Part shown: positions 59,342 through 64,000 of the stretch, one piece after another
How positions within the stretch are numbered: the first letter of the stretch is position 1
Layout of the letters: each line of letters starts with the position of its first letter
IMG/VR virus record: IMGVR_UViG_3300008459_000008
Span: 1-64,000 of that record
From: a virus
DNA: 64,000 nt
Direction: 5' to 3' (one strand)
Position numbers and translations under genes: made by a program
Notes under the pieces: model-generated
The model's database searches: none
What the model was told of the DNA's origin: nothing
What the model saw: only the letters and a program-made list of their open reading frames with translations

Positions 59342-60263
59342 ATGCGTTGTGAACAACGAAAATAGCTGACGGTCCGTTGGGAAATGACATAGGAGTGTGG
59401 ATCTCAAGACCACACTGACAATATTTTATTAATTTTTCGATACCGAAAGTCATCATTTCTACTGCTGAATTCAAAAACTGAAAAGATACATCATCTATCT
59501 TTTGAAACTTCTCCAACTCAGACTTAATTTCTTCTTGAGTTATTGATGTTTTTCCAATCAATGTAAAAGGGATAATTTTGAGAAAAGAAAGATTAGGTTT
59601 TCTTTTTTGAATATTTTCACGAATGACATATTCGGTAAAAGCTTTTTGAATACCTATACTTGGAGGTATCAAGTAAAATATCCTATCATTTGTTAACTCG
59701 AACCTAAATGAAGATGTACGTGTGTCGAAATATTGTATCAACTTTTCATTGATGTCATATTTTTTGAAGTGATTACGTACTAATTCTATAGAATTTTCTT
59801 CACCACAAGAACACTTCGCATTAGTAGATAATATTGTCCCCTTCTGGAAAGTTAATTCTCTTATTAAAAAAATTAAGTAATACCTATCTGGATCCTTGAT
59901 TTCAAGATATGAACTGATTGTACCATCAATATGTTTCATTCGAACACAAGATGAAAGCATGTCATTCATTTTTTCTATAATATCATAATAATTATTATCA
60001 TCAACCATAGAATATGATTGAATTTCTTTTACTTGAGCAGATCTGACTTGAATTATTGTTCCTTTCGGGTAAAAATAACCACACGGAAATTCTTGTACAT
60101 CAAATGAAAAATAGTGTAAATCACTTGTTTTATTTGTGTTGAAATTATTTGTATATTGTGGGGATGGTGGGATATCTAGTTTTTCAACTTTTATATTGTT
60201 GTCAAGATTTTCTAAATGAATTCTAAGATAATCCTCTTCAGTCAAAACTTTTGAGTCAGACAT
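59319..60263 (-). CDS. gp26: Baseplate hub / tail assembly chaperone, T4 gp26-like
   Basis: DRYYLIFLIRELT, CSCG, PPSIG, CQCG zinc-ribbon pattern. Confidence 0.65.
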   Translation of the reverse strand: MSDSKVLTEEDYLRIHLENLDNNIKVEKLDIPPSPQYTNNFNTNKTSDLHYFSFDVQEFPCGYFYPKGTIIQVRSAQVKEIQSYSMVDDNNYYDIIEKMNDMLSSCVRMKHIDGTISSYLEIKDPDRYYLIFLIRELTFQKGTILSTNAKCSCGEENSIELVRNHFKKYDINEKLIQYFDTRTSSFRFELTNDRIFYLIPPSIGIQKAFTEYVIRENIQKRKPNLSFLKIIPFTLIGKTSITQEEIKSELEKFQKIDDVSFQFLNSAVEMMTFGIEKLIKYCQCGLEIHTPMSFPNGPSAIFVVHNAFDQFIKK

Positions 60264-60325
60264 ATGATATATTTACTTTTTTTTTATAGTAAATTATATA
60301 TCAATAGTTCATGGGCTTCGTGAAA

Positions 60326-61018
60326 TTAACCAATGACTGTTATCCTAGCGTCGGTAAAAGTAGTATGTGATGAAACCAGTATTTGATTTGAATTTAAGAT
60401 TTCAACATTCACAGTCACAAAATTATTAATTTGTCTTACGGAATATACTATATCTTGTGTGTTCAAATTATGTGAGACGGTATAACCAGTCGGTGTGCAA
60501 ACAAAAGTTTCTTTATACTTGGTGGGTACTGTAACATAATTATATTCACCAGTTCCCGAGTAAGTACCATCAGATACAGTAGAAATTGTACCATTTATAA
60601 AATAAGCCTTACCGTCATTAACAAATGAACCAGAAGCACCTACTGTCATATTACCCCATATCAAATATTCATAGTTTACAGGCACAGATATTGTTTCACC
60701 AGTGATGTTATATTTGACAGGTATGGCATTTGAACCGGTAAAAGATGTGAAAAATCCATACCAATTTGAAGTCATGCCAACAGACCAAGTCACACCATTA
60801 CCTTCAGGTTTCAAAGCATAATATACAGCTGTATTACTTGAGGTATTTGGTATAGATACAACCATACCAGCTCTTCTTTTTTCCAGTGGTAAATCATACA
60901 TCTCTTGTGTGTTTTCCAACCCACGCATTCCATCTATCCCCAACCTCGGGTCAATTACTGGATATTTATCCGTTTCATATACAGGAGTTATCAGTCCGGT
61001 TACAGGTATTTTATTCAT
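60326..61018 (-). CDS. Putative virion structural/fibre-associated protein
   Basis: RRAGMVV motif, beta-rich, C-terminal VSHNLNTQDIVYSV module. Confidence 0.6.
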   Translation of the reverse strand: MNKIPVTGLITPVYETDKYPVIDPRLGIDGMRGLENTQEMYDLPLEKRRAGMVVSIPNTSSNTAVYYALKPEGNGVTWSVGMTSNWYGFFTSFTGSNAIPVKYNITGETISVPVNYEYLIWGNMTVGASGSFVNDGKAYFINGTISTVSDGTYSGTGEYNYVTVPTKYKETFVCTPTGYTVSHNLNTQDIVYSVRQINNFVTVNVEILNSNQILVSSHTTFTDARITVIG

Positions 61019-61019
61019 C

Positions 61020-62789
61020 TTAATTTGTAATATTTACACTTAATGTACCAGAAATTTGGTTCAATGTTCTATATATTTTATACGTAGTATTTTGACTGTA
61101 AGAGTTTGTAATACTCAACGTACCAAAATTGTTACCAAAACTATCCATAGATGTATAACTGTTTGTAGCTAAAACAACCGGTAATCCAAAATAACTAATT
61201 GACTTGAAATTATAATTAGAACTTTCCGGAAAAGCGATATATTTATATCCTTGAGAACCACCTATATTATAAGAACCAAGTGAGTATGTTACCAATTGAC
61301 TTGTCAAATTTGTCACACCACCAGCAGTCATAGTTGAATATGTAGATGATCCATAGTAAGATCTCCAAGTCCATTGGATCTCACCATACTTTCTTATAGT
61401 AGTATTATTTTTACGAAGTCCAGAGATTGAAAAAATTCTTTTATCTGGAACAATAGATGTTACTGACTGTGTATAAGAAAAAGTTCCCCCTAAATCAGTA
61501 TAATTATAAGTCAAATTTGCTGTCATCGGAGCAGGCCAAACATTAGTTGGACTAGATACTGGTGTCACGTCAGCTATAGTAACAGATGTGGCTCCAAAAT
61601 CAGTTCCTTTATCGTAAGTCCAAGAAAATGTTAGGGTACCAATCAATGTTCTACCCACATCAATAAATTTGTATTGATTGTCATTTGTTGAAGATATATT
61701 AGGATGAACAAAATTTAAAGAGGTAAAGTTTGCTAGTTTTTCCGGATAAAGTAAATCGGAAAACATATCCTGAAGACTAACATCATTAAATGATGAACCA
61801 CGATCAATTCCACCGACAGTGTTTATTGTTGGAGTTTCATCTTTGAAAAGTCCCGGTGTTTGATTTGGATTAGATTCAAAAAATAAAAAATATCCAGGAT
61901 TTATATCCACCGCCGGATTCCAAGTCAAATAGTATAAGGGACCCGCAGTCGAACCAGTACCACCTCTAATATCACCTGAGGACAATTCGTTAAGACCGGT
62001 CAGCCCATATTTGTATATACTATTTGTACCTAAATAATCTATATTCAACTTCACTGATGATGTATTACCAAAAGCAAAATCAATCAAATATAAATGATTT
62101 ACTGAATATGTAGATATAAATGGTGTAGAATTTGTTGCATAATAAGAAAGACTTGTATCTGGACCCGTAGCCGAAACTCTAATAATTTCCGGTCCTGTTG
62201 AATCCAAGGATGATAGTCTATTTCCAATATAATAATACCCAACTACTTTTGTAGGAGCTTGGTAACCACCAACTGTTACGTTATCTTGATAAAGAATTCC
62301 CGAATTATATTGGAACACCCATTCTCTAAGATCCCCTGGTGATATTTGAGTTGTGGGATAGGTTGTATAAACTTTGACTGCGTAATCTAGACCATAACTA
62401 TCTGGAACCAAATCCACAATATTATTACCCGCTGTAATATCTTTAAGAGTTCCCTCACCATATTTGAATGGTTGGTTTGTCTTTGGGTCCTTCAAATCAC
62501 CTTGTACAGACGGTGTGGATCCCCAAACTGTCTGATATGAAAGAAATTGTCCACTAGCAGCACTATCTTGTATACCAACTAAATCTGCAACTATCTGAAC
62601 AGCTACTTGGTTTTGTACTGCTAGAGCAGGATCATTGGTTGGAATCTTACTACTCCAAACATTCGTTGAAGGTACGTTGAATAAATATCCATAGAATTCG
62701 TTACCAACACCAAAATTCTTTTGTACCTGAGATTTTCCAAGTAGGTTTTTAAATGCTATTTGCGATTGTCTATCAGAACTTAAAGGCAT
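61020..62789 (-). CDS. Putative virion structural protein
   Basis: 589 aa, Ser/Thr/Gly/Tyr-rich; AATATATA at 62816-62823. Confidence 0.65.
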   Translation of the reverse strand: MPLSSDRQSQIAFKNLLGKSQVQKNFGVGNEFYGYLFNVPSTNVWSSKIPTNDPALAVQNQVAVQIVADLVGIQDSAASGQFLSYQTVWGSTPSVQGDLKDPKTNQPFKYGEGTLKDITAGNNIVDLVPDSYGLDYAVKVYTTYPTTQISPGDLREWVFQYNSGILYQDNVTVGGYQAPTKVVGYYYIGNRLSSLDSTGPEIIRVSATGPDTSLSYYATNSTPFISTYSVNHLYLIDFAFGNTSSVKLNIDYLGTNSIYKYGLTGLNELSSGDIRGGTGSTAGPLYYLTWNPAVDINPGYFLFFESNPNQTPGLFKDETPTINTVGGIDRGSSFNDVSLQDMFSDLLYPEKLANFTSLNFVHPNISSTNDNQYKFIDVGRTLIGTLTFSWTYDKGTDFGATSVTIADVTPVSSPTNVWPAPMTANLTYNYTDLGGTFSYTQSVTSIVPDKRIFSISGLRKNNTTIRKYGEIQWTWRSYYGSSTYSTMTAGGVTNLTSQLVTYSLGSYNIGGSQGYKYIAFPESSNYNFKSISYFGLPVVLATNSYTSMDSFGNNFGTLSITNSYSQNTTYKIYRTLNQISGTLSVNITN

Positions 62790-62826
62790 CGTGTTTTATT
62801 TTGTTTGACTTAGTATATATATTTTT

Positions 62827-64000
62827 TTACACTGTCAGTCCAGTGCAAGTTATGTTCTGAATGTGTCCAGTCCAAGACGATGGAGCTGTAATTCTAAATA
62901 AAATATAACCTTCGGAATAACGTGTGCTCCTACCGGATCTGAAATCCACCTCAATTACTGATGGATTGACCAAACTCGGACTACCTCTGAATGCTCCACC
63001 ACCATTGAATTGTTGATTATCAAAGGCTGGTTTTGATAAATCTAACCATCCTGTAACAGCACCACCTATAAGTCCAGCTGGAGGATTAGCTCTGTTATTA
63101 CTTTTTGGTAATTTTACTTCACACCAACACTCATTACCCTCCAATGTTGTATTTACCGGTACAAAAGTAGTATCTGTAAGTGTAAAACTAAATCTCAAAA
63201 TAGCAAAAGTTGATGAAGCATCGACTTGAAAATATCTTGTAAATGTTCTATAATTTCCAAAAGATGTATCAGTTGTTCCAAATCCAACAGTTGTTGTATT
63301 ACAAAAATCATATCTTACCGCAAGGCCAACACCTTTGTTTGGATTTGTTTCTGTAGTACCAGGATCACTATAATTAAACTTAGGGTAAACCAATTGACCA
63401 TTCAATATTTGTAAAGCATTTGTATAGCCAGATGTTTGGTTCAAACTCGAAGCACTATTCCAAGCTAAGTTAGCTAATACACTTTGTATATTATCGGTAG
63501 AGAGATCATATTTACTTGATCCATTTCTTAATCTATAATTTTCAGAAAGAAAACTCTCTGTCAATAATGATGAGGTTTCTGGATAATTATCTACAAAAAC
63601 ATTTGTTATTGTAGTAGATCCACTTGGATCCACACCCTGGACAGTCCTTAATACAGAAGTGGAAAATGAAACTGACTCATTTAGTCTTCTTACATTGGCA
63701 TTCAGTGCATAATTCCAAGTGATTAAATGTGACGTACTAGGTGATGTAACACTTGGTATAACTTTATCATCAGGTGGTCCCATTACAGGGAGTGTAGTTG
63801 TAGTGGGTTTTGAATTTATACCATTGTTTCCACCAGGAACCACGCTGGAAGAACTCAATGCGCTAGAAGAAGAATTATATGTGTTTCTTACATGGTTTTG
63901 TAGAGTAATTACATAATTTAAACCAAAGTTTTTCCAATATTTAATACCTGATAAGGTTTTTGGATTACTTCCGACAACTGTATTGATTATTGGTAATGTA
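62827..64000 (-). CDS. Putative virion structural protein (5' end beyond the right edge)
   Basis: The frame stays open upstream of the track start 63858 to the edge (TLPIINTVVGSNPKTLSGIKYW...). Confidence 0.7.
   Translation of the reverse strand, partial: TLPIINTVVGSNPKTLSGIKYWKNFGLNYVITLQNHVRNTYNSSSSALSSSSVVPGGNNGINSKPTTTTLPVMGPPDDKVIPSVTSPSTSHLITWNYALNANVRRLNESVSFSTSVLRTVQGVDPSGSTTITNVFVDNYPETSSLLTESFLSENYRLRNGSSKYDLSTDNIQSVLANLAWNSASSLNQTSGYTNALQILNGQLVYPKFNYSDPGTTETNPNKGVGLAVRYDFCNTTTVGFGTTDTSFGNYRTFTRYFQVDASSTFAILRFSFTLTDTTFVPVNTTLEGNECWCEVKLPKSNNRANPPAGLIGGAVTGWLDLSKPAFDNQQFNGGGAFRGSPSLVNPSVIEVDFRSGRSTRYSEGYILFRITAPSSWTGHIQNITCTGLTV

Noticed and set aside
1-64000. Stop-codon reassignment as in some jumbo and crAss-like phages
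   Set aside because: Long genes are intact under code 11, coding density is high, and TAG (41127) and TGA (18406) act as plausible stops.

Overview
The whole window is part of an AT-rich, standard-genetic-code, T4-related jumbo myophage genome, very probably infecting a Bacteroidota host. Host evidence: a TTTG-N20-TAnnTTTG promoter before clpS, signal peptides cleaved before Gln, and A-rich translation starts without Shine-Dalgarno motifs. It carries a dispersed virion module in mixed orientations: major capsid (truncated at the left edge and missed by the ORF track), prohead protease fused to a repeat scaffold, portal, gp2, gp4, gp15, gp25, large and small terminase, sheath, tube, gp26/gp51-like, and baseplate/fibre proteins. 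It also encodes a gp55-like late sigma factor, a clamp loader, an Mre11-like nuclease and ClpS. The most striking element is a 16-kb tandem array of three giant, signal-peptide-bearing M12B/reprolysin-type zinc metalloproteases. They carry 10, 18 and 8 FN3-like repeats and share a Cys-rich C-terminal domain instead of a T9SS sorting domain. Other signals: a genome-wide AATATATA late-promoter motif (sometimes palindromic/bidirectional, often implying leaderless mRNA), a T4-like capsid-targeting N-terminal motif on many small proteins, an apparently catalytically dead prohead-protease paralog, and a possible frameshift at the gp26/gp51 junction. No tRNA, rRNA, CRISPR array or intact mobile element was recognised. 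All family assignments come from motif recognition by eye; no database searches were run.
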